A stretch of 64,000 bases of DNA from Camelus ferus (Eukaryota), in the NCBI RefSeq assembly GCF_009834535.1, contig NC_045716.1, positions 25,730,001 through 25,794,000 of the forward strand. The letters run 5' to 3'. Below, piece after piece: positions 1-12,800 of this stretch. Position 1 is the stretch's first letter; each line of letters begins with the position of its first letter. The position numbers and the translations under genes are program-made. Under the pieces are notes generated by a model. The model was not told where the DNA came from. It made no database searches and was given only the letters and a program-made list of their open reading frames with translations.

Positions 1-299
1 AAATTCTCTCCGCTCCCTCTACCCTTTCCTATCTTAGAGGTTCCTTAGGGTATTAAGCCTGATCCGGTTTCCCCACGTTGTGGTGGGTCATGAATCACCT
101 GCGCTCAGCCTTTGGCTCTGCACTACAATCTCCCGTTTCCAAAATGCACTGTTCAAATCCGATTTTGTGCCTATGTTTTTGGCCGCGGAATAGGGGCAGG
201 AAGTAGAGGTTGGAAAAAGTCTCTGGATATAATCAAAACATCGTCACCAGTAGTTAAAAGCGACAGTTGGTAAGACTGGAGCACACCGGGAGAATCCAA

Positions 300-830
300 G
301 GCCTACTTTCCTCCCGCGGCGGCGCTCGGGGGCGGGGTTGAGGCGGGGTTTAGGGCGGAGCAGCAGCCTGGAACAGCAGCCTGGAACAGCGGGGAGAGGC
401 GGGGCTGGGGGTGTGTTTTAGCCGGAGCCCGTAGGTTCCCTTTTGCTATAGGGCAGGTCGGAGCTGGGGGCGGGCTCGGTTTGGGAAAGCGAGGCTGAAG
501 CCAAGACTACGTCGTAACCGAAGACTGCAGGCTTTTTGCCTCCGCAACAGCGGAGTGGGGCGGGATCAGGGGCGGAGTTTGAAGCCCAGCCCTCGGGTTC
601 TTGTCTCTGATTGAACGAAGTGGTCTGGGGCGGGTCCTGGGGTGGGTCCTGGGGCGGGCCCCGCTCTGCTTTTGACAGCTCCTGTGCACAGCCGCAGCTG
701 AGTCCGGTGGGTTCGGGAACCTGTGGCCCCTCTCTCCTCGCGTCCCCGTCCCCCCGTCGCCTTGGCCCCGGCCATGAAGCGCATCTTCTCCTGCTCCAGT
801 TCACAGGTGGCGGTAGGTGCTAAAATGTCT
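300..830 (+). promoter_or_regulatory. CpG-rich promoter and exon 1 region of ANKRD35 with multiple GC boxes
   Basis: High CpG density and several GGGGCGGG boxes (about 328-358 and 626-661) immediately upstream of the ATG at 774. Confidence 0.8.
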
Positions 831-3800
831 GGCAGACTGAGCATGGGGTTGGGGTCCAAGCCCTATGGTGACAGAAGTCCTGAGTCCCATCTCCATGCCT
901 TTTCTCTTCACCGGTTTTTCTAGCTCTTCCGCTCCCGCAGTGCAGCCCGCCAGCCCTGCCTTCCTTAAGACCCTGTCCCCCAACCTCTGACTTGCCTTCC
1001 CAACCTCTGTCCTCTCCAAGGTCCTTTCCCTTAGTGCTTTCTGGTCTTCCTATCATCTACACCCCCAACTTCTGATATGTGTCCTACATCCCCTGCCCCC
1101 TCCTAAGGCTCTGTTTTCTACTTCTGCTCTGTTTCCCAGTACTGAACTAAAGTATCTGTCCTATTCCCCAGCCCCGGCTCATCCCCAAGCTCTTTTCTGT
1201 CTTCCAAGTGCCCCATGGCCCCATTTTCCAGCCCTGCCCTGTCCTCACAACTCAACCCTCCCATATGGCCCTACCTTTGCTGTTTCCTCTCAGCCTAATA
1301 AGTACTCCCAGCCCTGTGCCCTCCTCTAGCCCTTCTTCATAGAGTCTTCTCTGTCCTTGCCCCCACCTCACCCATGGCACTTCCACTCCCATTCTCCCAT
1401 CACCACCGCTGGCTCTCAGGCATCACTCCAAACCTCTTTCCAGTTGGTGTTCCCACTGCGGCAGCCTTCCTGTTCTCCCCTTCAAAATCTGCCCCTCTCT
1501 GTCCAGTAGTTGTTCAATTCCACTTTCCCCCCTTTTGTCCCGATCTCCTCCTGCCTGCTCTCTGTGAGTTAATCTTGCAGTCTGGCCTGGCCAGCCTGAC
1601 AGGCAGTGTCAGAGGAGGCACATTTGCCTGGCTGCTCCCCAAGGAATGGGTAAATTGTCTGCAGAATCCACCCTGGCCAGTTCACTGCAGTTCTGGTCAT
1701 CAGACTGGTTCTTGGGCCAGTCAAGGCCTTTTGCCTGCTTCTCTCCAGAATCTTCCTTCATTCTAAACCCTCACCCAGCTGTTTAGGGCTTGGACTCTCT
1801 GCTCCCTTGGACTGAGCTGGGGAACGGTGACAGTGAGAGGAGGAGAGGATAAAGTGGATTCACTCTGAGAGTTCCCAGTAGCAGCCACTCTCCTTCCACT
1901 GTTCTCTCAGAACAAAACACAGGGAAGAAGCTACAGAAGGTAGTGGCTAAGGGAGGCTACCTCTTCTCCTTCTGTGAAGGTCTTTTACAGAGAGACCCCT
2001 TATCTGGGGATGAAATTTCCTGTGCAGACTGGGATTATGGCTCATTTAGAAGTGAAGTAGCTGACTACCTATAGTGATATTGCTTAACCCGACTTGACTC
2101 GTGGTTTCTCTCATCAAGCAAACATGAGAAATGCTCAGCTTACTCTGCATGGGTGGGCCGTGGAAGCCTGGAAGTGAGCTATGAGGCAAGAGTAGGAACT
2201 CTGTTGAGGCCTGTTCTCGGCCTACTTACATTTGCTTCCTCACTTAGTTTCCACACATTAATCAACCAATCAAAAGCCATTTACTGAATGACTGACTGCT
2301 CTAGGTACCAGAAACTGAGGCTGCCCATCTCTGCTTACCTCATAATGATTTTCTTACTCACATGGACTCTTCCTCGGTTACTAAAAGTCCTCCACAGTGC
2401 CCTCCCCTTCAGGTCTGTGGAGTCTACCTGCTCTTTAGGGACAGGGAAACTATTTTGTACTTCCTGTGGCTCCAGCTGTCGGTCAGTGGCTCCTTTCTGG
2501 GATGCTGGGCGAACTACGGGCTGAATGTTGGAGTTTGAAAATTGCTCGAGGGCACAATCACCAAGTTGATTTGTCCTTCACTGCGGCTCTACAGAGGTTT
2601 GACCATGCAGAATTTCTACCCATTTTAAACTCTTCTTAGTATAACGAGATTATAGGTAGTAAATTGGGTGGAGTCAGGACTTCCTAGCTGGGAAAAAAAA
2701 AACCTGTTTCCTCAGTCAGGGTAGGGATCCAACAAGCTTGACGATGGACCAGTTTCAGCTACGAATTGTTTCCTCATGAAACGTCCCCACACGTCTCATG
2801 ATAAATTCCTCCACTCCCTGGGTGGCAAACCACTCTGGACCAGTTTGTCAGAGAAATAGTGTGACAGCCTTCCTGACCACTCCCAAAGCCTAGCTTCCCA
2901 GTCGTAGCAGAAGATCACCTCTTTCTATCCCCTCTCCCATCCCTGGGTCCAGATCACACCCTCAGATTTCGATAAGGACTGAAAGATCAGTGATCAGTTA
3001 AATATTAATCTAAATTTTCCAGAATATAGGAATTTCAACAAACAAACAAATAAAAGCCAACTCCTATAATCTCATTTCGTTTTATTCAAGTAGAGGATGA
3101 CCTTAAAGGTGTCTTGCATATTAGCTTACTGTGCCTATGTAGGAAGTAAACCAGAAAACAGCTTTAAACCACTGGCACTGGATCAGCTTAGAGGAATGGC
3201 TGTTGCATTTTAAAACTTGAGAGTCAGTTCCTGGTTCCTCCTGGGCAGCCTTTCTATTTCCATTCACCTGTCCTACAGCGGTAGCTGCTCTTTCTCTCTC
3301 TCCTGTTGGCATGTTCCATCTTGATGGGGTTCCCATAGGAACACAGCCAGAGATAAGGAGAGGCTGCAATTACTTCTACAAAGAGCCCCCAATCTTGGCT
3401 ACAGAAATGCAAAGCTTATCCTTGCTTCTGAGTCTGCTGATTAATTTGGTGATTGTGCCCTTGAGGCTGTGATGGTAACCCACTGCCTCTTTTCTAAGGC
3501 GCTGGGGTGAGCAATAGACTGGATCTTGGAGTATGGGAGAATACTTCTGTTCTTCTTTACCTTAGCTCTGCAGAAGTTTGTCCATGAAGAATTTCCACCT
3601 ATTCTAAATTCTTCTTGGTATAACAAGATTATAGGAAGTGAACTGGCTGGATTTCTAACTATTGAGCAGGAAAGAGAAGTACCCACATTGCTAGGAAACA
3701 CCATTACCATCTATACAGCTTGGCTGGCTGATATGAGCAAGATCTCCTTCCTCCCACTCCTCTGGATGGAGAATTCTGAGCCCAAGAATATCCAAAATGT

Positions 3801-6800
3801 GCCCGGCAAGGCTAGGAAGCATGGGGATTGGGACTAACACTTACTGTGTACTTACTACATGACAGACAGTGCTAGGCGCTTCGTGTAGTGTTATATCATT
3901 AGGAAACAGAGGTTCAGGGAAGTTGCTACTCGCCTAAAGTCACGAGGATAGAAGGTGTTAGAATCAGGATTTTAAACAGAGAACTTCAGACGGATGGCAG
4001 TGCCCTGTGGCGGAGTGGAGTTCCAGCTTTCTGCTTTTTCTGAGGGTGGCCTGGCCCCCAGGGGACCTTGGATACTGTAATATTACGTCTCAGTCTCTTG
4101 GTATGTGGAGGAGGCATTTTGCTTATTTTGTCCTTTGAGAATTAACCTGTTTGGAGACTCTTCTCCTTGCAGGGAGTAGTGTCTGAAGGTGGGTGGCTTC
4201 GCCCTGGAGGTGGTCATGGACTGTTCCTTTGAAAACAAGTGAACCTTCTTCCACAACTCTTTGGCAGTGTGGTCCAGCGGCGAAGAACTAGGACTGGCAT
4301 CGGCTGGCCGGGGCTCTAATCTCAATTTCACCACTATTTTGTGGTGTGGCCCTGGACAGTTATCTAACCTCGGTGTGCTTCCGTTTCTTTTCTGTCAACT
4401 AGATAAGATCCTGTCAGCCCTCGCTACCTTGCAGGGACGCCGAGACGCTAACTGAAATAGCACTTGAAAGGGCTCTGAGGAGTTCCAAGCGCTGTGCAGG
4501 GCATCGCCTCAGAATCCATCTGCCCTAGCTAATTTTATGACTTGGGCATTTAACATCTTTCCTGTTCTTGATGACTGTGTAAACAGTGTTTGAAAATGAG
4601 TTATTTGGCCTCATCCGTAGACTCTGTTCTTCCCCACCTCCTCCCATAGCCTCTTTCTTGTCGGGATTACACCTCATAAAGTCCAGTGTGCCCCCAGCAA
4701 TCCCCCACCGCTTCCTGTTTTTTTAATAAGAATGCCATGCCCTTGTATCGCTCTTTACAGTTTACAGAAATATTTTATATGCATGAGCTCATTTACTACA
4801 ACACGATGAGGTAGTTACTACTTTTCACACTTTACAGGTGGGGACACAGGTTGGAGGTGTTCCATGGCTTACCTAGGTCACGTAGCTGAGCAAGTAGCTG
4901 AACCCCAGACTCAGGCCTGCTGACAGACATTCATCTAGGGCCCTTTTCACCAGTCCTCAAATTTTTGCATCCCTTCTTCCTTTCCTTTCCCCTCCGTGGG
5001 TCAAACCAGGCTTTTCTGTGCTTTCAGCCCTGGGTGTTTTTAAGCGGTTCTCTCACGTCCCGTAATACATGTCTCATGTCAGTTATTGTAATTACCCCGC
5101 CGCCTGCAAAAGTCAAGCTGGAAGGGCGGGACAATGCGTGCCCAGGTGCGGCTGTTGTCTGGGCAGCTGTTCCCCGCCAGGAAAATGACGAGGGAGGGGA
5201 GGGGTGGGAGGGGAGCTGCTGCTTGCTGCCCCCTCGGGCCTAGCTGGAGACTGGCCTTCTCCTTTGGTTGTTGTTGCCATGGAAGGGGAAGAATGACTGA
5301 CTAGCCAAAGGGCATAGGTATGAGGATGGAAAACAGAAACTCTGCGTCTCCTCCCACTTTTGGGCCCCAAAGCCAATGGGTAGAGATGGTATGGCTGGTA
5401 TTTGGACTCCTAGCTGTGACCTGAAGCCAGGCGCCTTGATTTCTCGAATATATGAGAACAACAACAGCAACAAAAACCCAGAGCAGCCTGGGGAGTAGAG
5501 AGGCAATGTAAACCCAGCCCAGAATGGTCAGCTGGGTTCCATTTGCTCCAGTAAGACCTAAGAACAACAGGGAAAGGAGTCCTGGCTAGGGTTGCTCGGG
5601 GTTGTGCGCCTACCAACGATAATCTCAATGATAATTAAACAGACATTTGAAACACTATGGGCAGGCAGTACTCAAAAATGATTTTCAATTCAGTAGTCCA
5701 AGCACTTTTTGGTTCAGGGCTGGCAATCACCGGCCATAGTCCTCAGTGGCATATGAGTTGGTGACTATTTAACTGGCCCACCTAAGAAGGACTAACTGAT
5801 CTAGAGTGACTCGTGGAACATTGAAAGGCTCTCAGGGATGTCCCTTTTCCCTTGCCTGGCATCCTAACCATCTCTTTCTTTGCTTTCTCCACTCCTTTCT
5901 CACCACCTATATTTACACAATTTGTGGTTCTGGATCAGGTGGAGAGATGGAACCGCCGTGATCAGAAGCTGCTGGAGGCAGTGCAGCGGGGGGACGTGCG
6001 ACGCGTGGCTGCCCTGGCCTCCAGGAAATCTGCCCGACCCACCAAGCTGGACTCGAACGGTCAGTCCCCGTAAGTAAGTCCTCTTGACCCCATCCTTGGC
6101 ATGTGGTTCCCTTTGAAAACCCCAAGCCCCAATAGGATGTAAGACCAGGGAATACCTTCAACTTCAGAGCCCTTTTTGTCTTAATTACAAGCATACCCGC
6201 ATGTCTCTGCATACCACGTGTTGCACAGAGTGGGGTAGAAGGCACTGTCCCTGAGCTCATACACCTCACAGCCCACATCGACAAAACTGACCAAAAAGGC
6301 CAGAAAGACCATGAAACAAACAGAAAAGTGAAACAACACTAAATAGAGTATTTTTCCGTTGCACAAGGAGGAAGGGGTGTATGCGTGAGAAATTGGGAGT
6401 GCACAGCAGCCATGAGACATGTGGCTGGAAGGGGTGCTCAGACAAGAGGGGTGTCATCCCTTGTCTCTGCCCTCAAATGTCCAGCCCTCTGCTCTGCTCT
6501 GGCCGACTCTTCCTGCGACACTTCCAGTTTGCTAAGTTTCCTGTCCTCAGAGCAACGGTATTTATGTGTTCCCTGGGTACCCCTGCGATACTCTGAGATT
6601 GCTTGAGACCCATAGCTATAAGAATTTCTATCTTTGCTTCCAGCTTCCCCTGACGTTCTGACAGTAGGCCACGTATATAGGCATCTCTTTCTCAGAAAGT
6701 CAGGCTAGGGGAGTGTCCCTCTCTGCTTTTGGGGTTGGCTTTGGGGTGAGGGAGCATGGCAGGCAGTGCTTATTAAGATTCTCCCATTCCTCGACCCCCG

Positions 6801-9800
6801 GGCCCTTCATCCTTCTGCCTCTTGGCTTTGATTCTGGCAGGTTTCACCTGGCAGCCTCCAAAGGTCTGACAGAATGTCTGACTATACTGCTTGCAAACGG
6901 GGCTGACATCAACAGCAAGAATGAGGATGGTGAGTGAGGCTAAGACCTGGGTCAGCGGCTTGCTTTTCGCTTTATAGCAGCAGGGGGGCCAGTGCTGGGC
7001 CCTGCTGGAGGTTCCAACTGTAGCACCCCCGCCTTCTTTCCTCATAAGTTCCGGCCAGCATCCTTCCAGGGGTTTCCCTCCCTGCAAGCTGGGCATACCT
7101 CACCCCAACTCCCACCTCCACCGCAGGTACCAGGCACTCGGGGAACAGGAATTTCTGGCCCCAGCTGGCTGAGAGCTTCTCTCTCTAATCTCCCGCCTAT
7201 TATCTGTGTGTCTCTTGCCTTCCCTCCCTGTGAGTCATCCGCATGCATGGGGCCACCCACCCTCCCTCTCCACTTCTTTCTCTTTCAGGAAGCACCGCCC
7301 TGCACTTGGCCACCATTTCCTGCCAGCCACAGTGTGTCAAGGTCCTGCTGCAGGTAAGAGCAACCCTCGATACTACTCCTGGGAAAGGAAGGAGTGGATC
7401 AGAGACTCCTAACGTTGTCTGGTACTCACCAGCCATATTTGGCCAAATGTTGCCCTCTTGTCCTCATAAGAGAGCTGGTAACCACTTATACATTAATTCG
7501 CAAACATTTACTTAACACCTACCGTATGCAGGGACCCTGCTTAATGCTGCCCCTGGGGGCACATCATAAAGCGGAGTTGCCAGGGACGGACTGCCAGTCA
7601 GTCAACATGCGTGCACTGCGCCCGGCCTTTGGCAGAGACTAACTGCTGTGACGATGGGCAGGTGGAAGGGTGACAGAGGTGTTCACGCTAAACCCAAAGC
7701 CTACTGTCTGTTTATGAGGAGTTTGTCGTCTAGGAGTACAGAGAGAAACATACGTGTGAAATGACACGTGGACAGTTCATACATTAGTCCCCAAAAGTTC
7801 AAAAGGCACAGTGCGATAGGCCATTGTGCAAATGGCCGCTCTGCTTCTGTTCTTCCTGGCCCTGTCCAAGTTTCCCAGTTATGATCCTAAAGTACCAAAC
7901 ATAGACACAGGTGTCATTTTCCCTAACATGTTTATTCACCAGTAATCTGATTTTTCTTAGGCCCTAGGTTTACGAACCAGGGCTACAATTCAAGGCTGCC
8001 TATCCCCTGCCAGGACTGGACTGGGCTTGCCTAGTCGTCCGCCAAAGCCGTGGTCCTCCTGTCCCTCCCCATAGTACCGTGAAAGTCAGTGACCCCACAG
8101 CGGGTATGGGATGAGGGTGTTAACACCATGCTCCAGGCTGCTTCCCTTTGTGGCTGTTTGCAGCATGGTGCCAACGAAGACGCAGTCGATGCGGATAATC
8201 GTAGTCCATTGCACTGGGCAGGTAGGTGTGTGCTGAGGGACTGGTGGGAAACAGGGCTGCAGGGGGCAGACAGCGAGAAGGGAGGGGAGGATCACATCTG
8301 GTGGGAAGGGCAGGTCAGGGCTGACTGCTGAGATGCTCGGAGGGGATGCTGCATCGTGGTCTGACTGGGTGTCTTCCCGCTTCCCCTTAACCTGATCACC
8401 CCTCCGCCCTCCGCAGCCTCCTCTGGCTGTGCCTCAAGTGTGCTCCTCCTGTGTGACCACGAGGCCTTCCTGGATGTCCTGGATAATGTGAGTGTCAGCC
8501 GGGCAGCTGGGCAGGGCCCTACCCGGGGAGGCTGCAGCTCTCTCTGAACTTAATCAGCCAAGTTCCATGACCAGGGGTTGTGCAGTACCACCTCCTCTTC
8601 CTCAGAGCTCCTAACCCTCTAAGAAGGAGTACTGAGCCCCCTGGAGCTTTTTTCTGGAGCGGTGCGGGGAGGAGGGGGCTGGTAGGAGTGTGTCAAAGCC
8701 CTGACTCCCCTGGCTCCTCATGAACCCTTCCCACAATCTGTGCAGGATGGACGCACACCCCTGATGATTGCATCCCTGGGTGGTCACGCAGCTATCTGCT
8801 CACAGCTACTGCAGAGAGGCGCCCGGGTTAATGTCACTGACAAGAATGACAAGTGAGCCTTCTCCATCTTTCCACCCCAAATCTAGACCCTGACCAATCT
8901 AGAAAGGAGCCACTGGGCAAAGTGTGTATGCGTGTGTGTGTGTGTATGTGTGTTGGGGAAGAAAGCAGGTTAGTCCCTGTTTTCTTGGGAAGCTCCCTCC
9001 TTCCCAGCAGTGGTTCAGAAGAGCTCTGCCGCTGCCTCCCTATTTTCCTCCCGGGAAGTTGAGAACGTTATCCTCATACGTCCCTACTCTGCTGTTGCCA
9101 CCACCATCTTCCCAGCACAGAAGACTCTGCCAGTAGAATCAGTTCCTCTGGATCCACTAGTTTAATTTACTGGTTTCCAAACTATCTTCTAAACAGTGGA
9201 ATCCTTTTTTCCCAATAAAGAATTTATGCAGAACCTCAGTATATAAAGCAGATGAAAATGGAGCCCTTCCAATTGGGCCTCTGCTTTCTGATGCTGCAGC
9301 TGCAAGGAGTAACATTTGAAAAGTTCTGGTCTAGTCTAGTGCTTTGTCACTGGCCGGCATTGGTCTGCAGCTCCCCTGAGCACACTGTGTGAGAGATGAC
9401 CTTGTGAGTGACTTTCTGAAACCAGGACTCCTGGATTCCATGGGAGAAGCCTATGCTCAGATTTGTCCCAACCCACAGATCGGCTCTGATTCTGGCCTGT
9501 GAAAAGGGCAGTGCCGAAGTGGCTGAGCTGCTTCTGAGCCATGGAGCAGATGTGGGGGCTGTGGACAGCATGGGCCACGATGCTTTGCAGTACGCTCTGC
9601 TCACGCAGGACGGGACGCTGTGGAGGCTGCTGCAGCAGGCCCTGAGCCGGCAGGGGCGTGGAGGTAAAGCGGATACCCTTTTGTAACTTCAAGATGCTCC
9701 ACGATCGACTTAGAATCAAAGAAACTTCTTAAAACACCGTTTGTTCCCATGGAAATAATCCACGTGACAAATATTGGTCACTTTAGTTGAGTGTTTTCTT

Positions 9801-12800
9801 ATTTATTGCTGCTGCTGGGAGATGACTCCAAATTCCCCAAATTCTTTACTGCAGCCTTGTCTCTCCCTGAAGGCATCTCTGACCAGTGCTGTCGCTGGCA
9901 TCTGTGAGTTGTAGTTGTACATGTGTGGCTCGATGGTCAGTCTCTCTCTCCCCTACTAGACCGTAACCCCCTCAGATGACAGGCCATCTCTGTTTTGCTC
10001 ACCACTGAGGTCCTGGTGCCTAATAACGGTACCAGGCACAGTAGTCCAATGAATAAGTGAGTGAAAAAAATGAATGAGCTGGCATATCTGAGACAGGGAA
10101 CCGAGGTTGCCAGATAGTTAGGGACCCATCGGATAGGGGTGGCTTCTGGCACCAGAAAGACATGTGTGGTAAGGTCATCAGCGCTGAGGGCCCACTCCTC
10201 TCAGAAAAGGGCTGAAGACAGAGTGTGGGCTAGAAGCACAGGGACCCCATCTCTTCTCTCATTTCCCCCATGTCTTTTCATATAGGTCACCAGCTAGTTC
10301 AACACCCAGATCCTGCATCCCAGGTAAGACCCTAAGTGCCTGCCCCTTTTGCTCCTGATCCACCCCAGGCTTTCCCACTGGGATTTCTCCCAGGCAGTGA
10401 TCACTGGGGCATCGAGACAGTCTAAGGGAAGAAAGGCCCTCCTGGGTCAGCTGCCTGGATTTACTTCACTCTTCCTTTTTCTTCATAGGCCTCTCCAGCT
10501 GAGCCTCAGGTGGGTTCTCCACCTAAGAGCCCATGGAGAGCAGAGCCTGAGGAGGAGCCGGAGGAAGAGGAGGAGGAAGACCCATGCTCAGAAGAGTGGA
10601 AATGGAAGTATGAAGAGGAGCAGAGGAAAGTTTCTCAGTTGGAGCAGGAGCTGGTGCGGAAGACAGAAGAGTGTAAGGCTCAAGCCGCAGCTTACCTGGA
10701 CCTGAAGAACCAGATTCACGAGCAGGTGCAGGAGCTGGGGCTCCTCCTCTCCCAAGAGCCCGCAGGTCCAGAAGGCCAGAGCTCTAGTCTCCGGCCTGGA
10801 GGAGACGGCATGGAGCAGGGCTGTCCTCTGGGCCTGCTGGCTAAGCGCGTACGAGAGCTGAAGCAGCTGCAGGCAGCAGGTGCAGCAAACCCAGTATTCG
10901 CTTCCAACAAGGCTGAGGATTCGGCCCCAGGGGAGATCCAGTATGAAGCTCATGGACGGTCCCAACCAGAAGAACAGGGGCCACCCCAGAGCCCAAAGTC
11001 TGAGACCATGGGGAAAGCCACTGGACAGCAACTGACCACTAGTAGTGGGCAGGCCCTCGGCCCCGATCATACACACCAGTTGTGTGCCGGCCAGAAAGAG
11101 AGGCGCCAGGCCCCAGGGGCAGAACCAACAGGCACAGTGGCCATGAACCAACTCCTGTTACAACTGAGGGAGGATCTGGCTGCGGTGTGGCGAGAAAAGG
11201 ATGCTGCCTGGGGAGCTTTGTCAAGACCAGTCCTGGAGGGAGCTCTGGGGACGCCCCGGGCTGAGGCAGCAGCAGCTGCCTGGGAGAAGATGGAGGCCAG
11301 GTTGGAGCGGGTGCTGGTGAGGCTGGATCGAGCAAAGGCAGGACTGCAACTAAAACCTGAGGCCCCCGCCCAGGAGCCCAGAGAGGGAGCCCCAAAGGTA
11401 GGCCCAGAGGCCATCACCAAAGAGGATGAAGGGAGAGAAAAAAGGGCTCCTGGGGTCCGGGGAGAGCCTCTAGGGGCCCCTGGAAGGGAACAGATGGCAG
11501 GAGGAGGCCTGGCAGAGGGGCAGCTGGAGAAGGAGGTGTCAGCACTGAGACTGAGCAACAGTAACTTGCTGGAGGAGTTGGGGGAACTGGGGCGGGAGCG
11601 GCAGCGGTTGCAGGGGGAGCTGCAGTCCCTGAGCCAGCGACTCCAGCGGGAGTTTGTGCCCAAGCCAGAGGCGCAGGTCCAGCTACAGCAGTTGCGGCGG
11701 AGCGTGGGGCTGCTGACAGATGAACTGGCCATGGAGAAGCAGGCCACCGAGAAGCTGCGGAAGCGCCTGGCCTCCCAGAGCAGTGGCCTCCAAGGGCTGT
11801 GGGACCGCCTGCCCCCAGACCTGGTGGGCAAGGCGAGTGCCCGGAGCACAGTGGCCGAGCCCCTGGAGGAGCTGCAGGCCTGCATCAGCGCCCTGGTGGA
11901 CAGGCATCGCGAGGCCCAGCAGGCGCTGGCTCGGCTGGAAGAGGAAAACCAGCGGCTTCGAAGTTCCCCTGCCCCACGTGGGGAGCAGGGGGCCTCCTGC
12001 AAGGTCTCAGCACCCCCCCAAGTGGCCGCTCTGGAGCAAGACCTGGGGAAGCTGGAGGAAGAGCTGCGGGCAGTCCAGGCCACGATGAGCGGGAAAAGCC
12101 AGGAGATCGGGAAGCTGAAGCAGCTGCTCTACCAAGCCACGGAGGAGGTGGCCGCGCTGAGGGCCCGGGAGGCCGCCAGTCTGCGGCAGCACGAGAGGAC
12201 TCGCGGATCGCTGGTGGCCCAGGCCCAGGCGTGGGGCCAGGAGCTGAAGGCTCTGCTGGAAAAGTATAACACCGCCTGCCGAGAGACGGGCCGGCTGCGG
12301 GAGGCCGTGGCCGAGGAGCGCCGCAGGAGCGGGGACCTAGCGGCGCGCGCCGCGGAGCAGGAGCGCCAGGCCAGCGAGATGCGCGGGCGCTCGGAGCAGT
12401 TCGAGAAAACGGCGGAGCTGCTGAAAGACAAGGTGGAGCATCTGATTGGCGCTTGCCGGGACAAGGAGGCCAAGGTGAGCAGGCGAGGGAGCGTCAGGGA
12501 AGGTTTCTGTGTGTTCAGGGGTCTGCTAACCTGAATTTACCTTCGGTTCATCAGAGTAATCCCCCAAATAGAACACCAGTCATCTGCAAGGACCATGCTC
12601 TGTTCTCCTGAGTTTGGGGGGCTTGGGGTTGAGACTGGAGGTGAGGTAAGTTATAAATAGAAGAGAGAAGGGGACACTTAGGTATTAAAATTTGGGACTC
12701 AGGGTTCAGCAGCAGTGTGCTCAGGGCTACCACCGTTGGTTTATTAGGATTTTGACTTAAATAGTGTATTTAAGACATCTGATAATACAGCGAGTAGCTA

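Noticed and set aside
122-135. ACTACAATCTCCC resembling the ZNF143/THAP11 ACTACA motif
   Set aside because: Spacing is off by one base from the consensus and the 3' half does not match.
3526-3837. 103-aa ORF overlapping the intronic 87-bp repeat
   Set aside because: The other repeat copy has an in-frame stop in the same frame, and substitutions are spread over all codon positions.
10588-12473. Long antisense and alternative-frame ORFs (338, 187, 156, 122, 114 aa) over ANKRD35 exon 10
   Set aside because: Shadow ORFs of a GC-rich coiled-coil exon; no independent start context, splice signals or recognisable domain.
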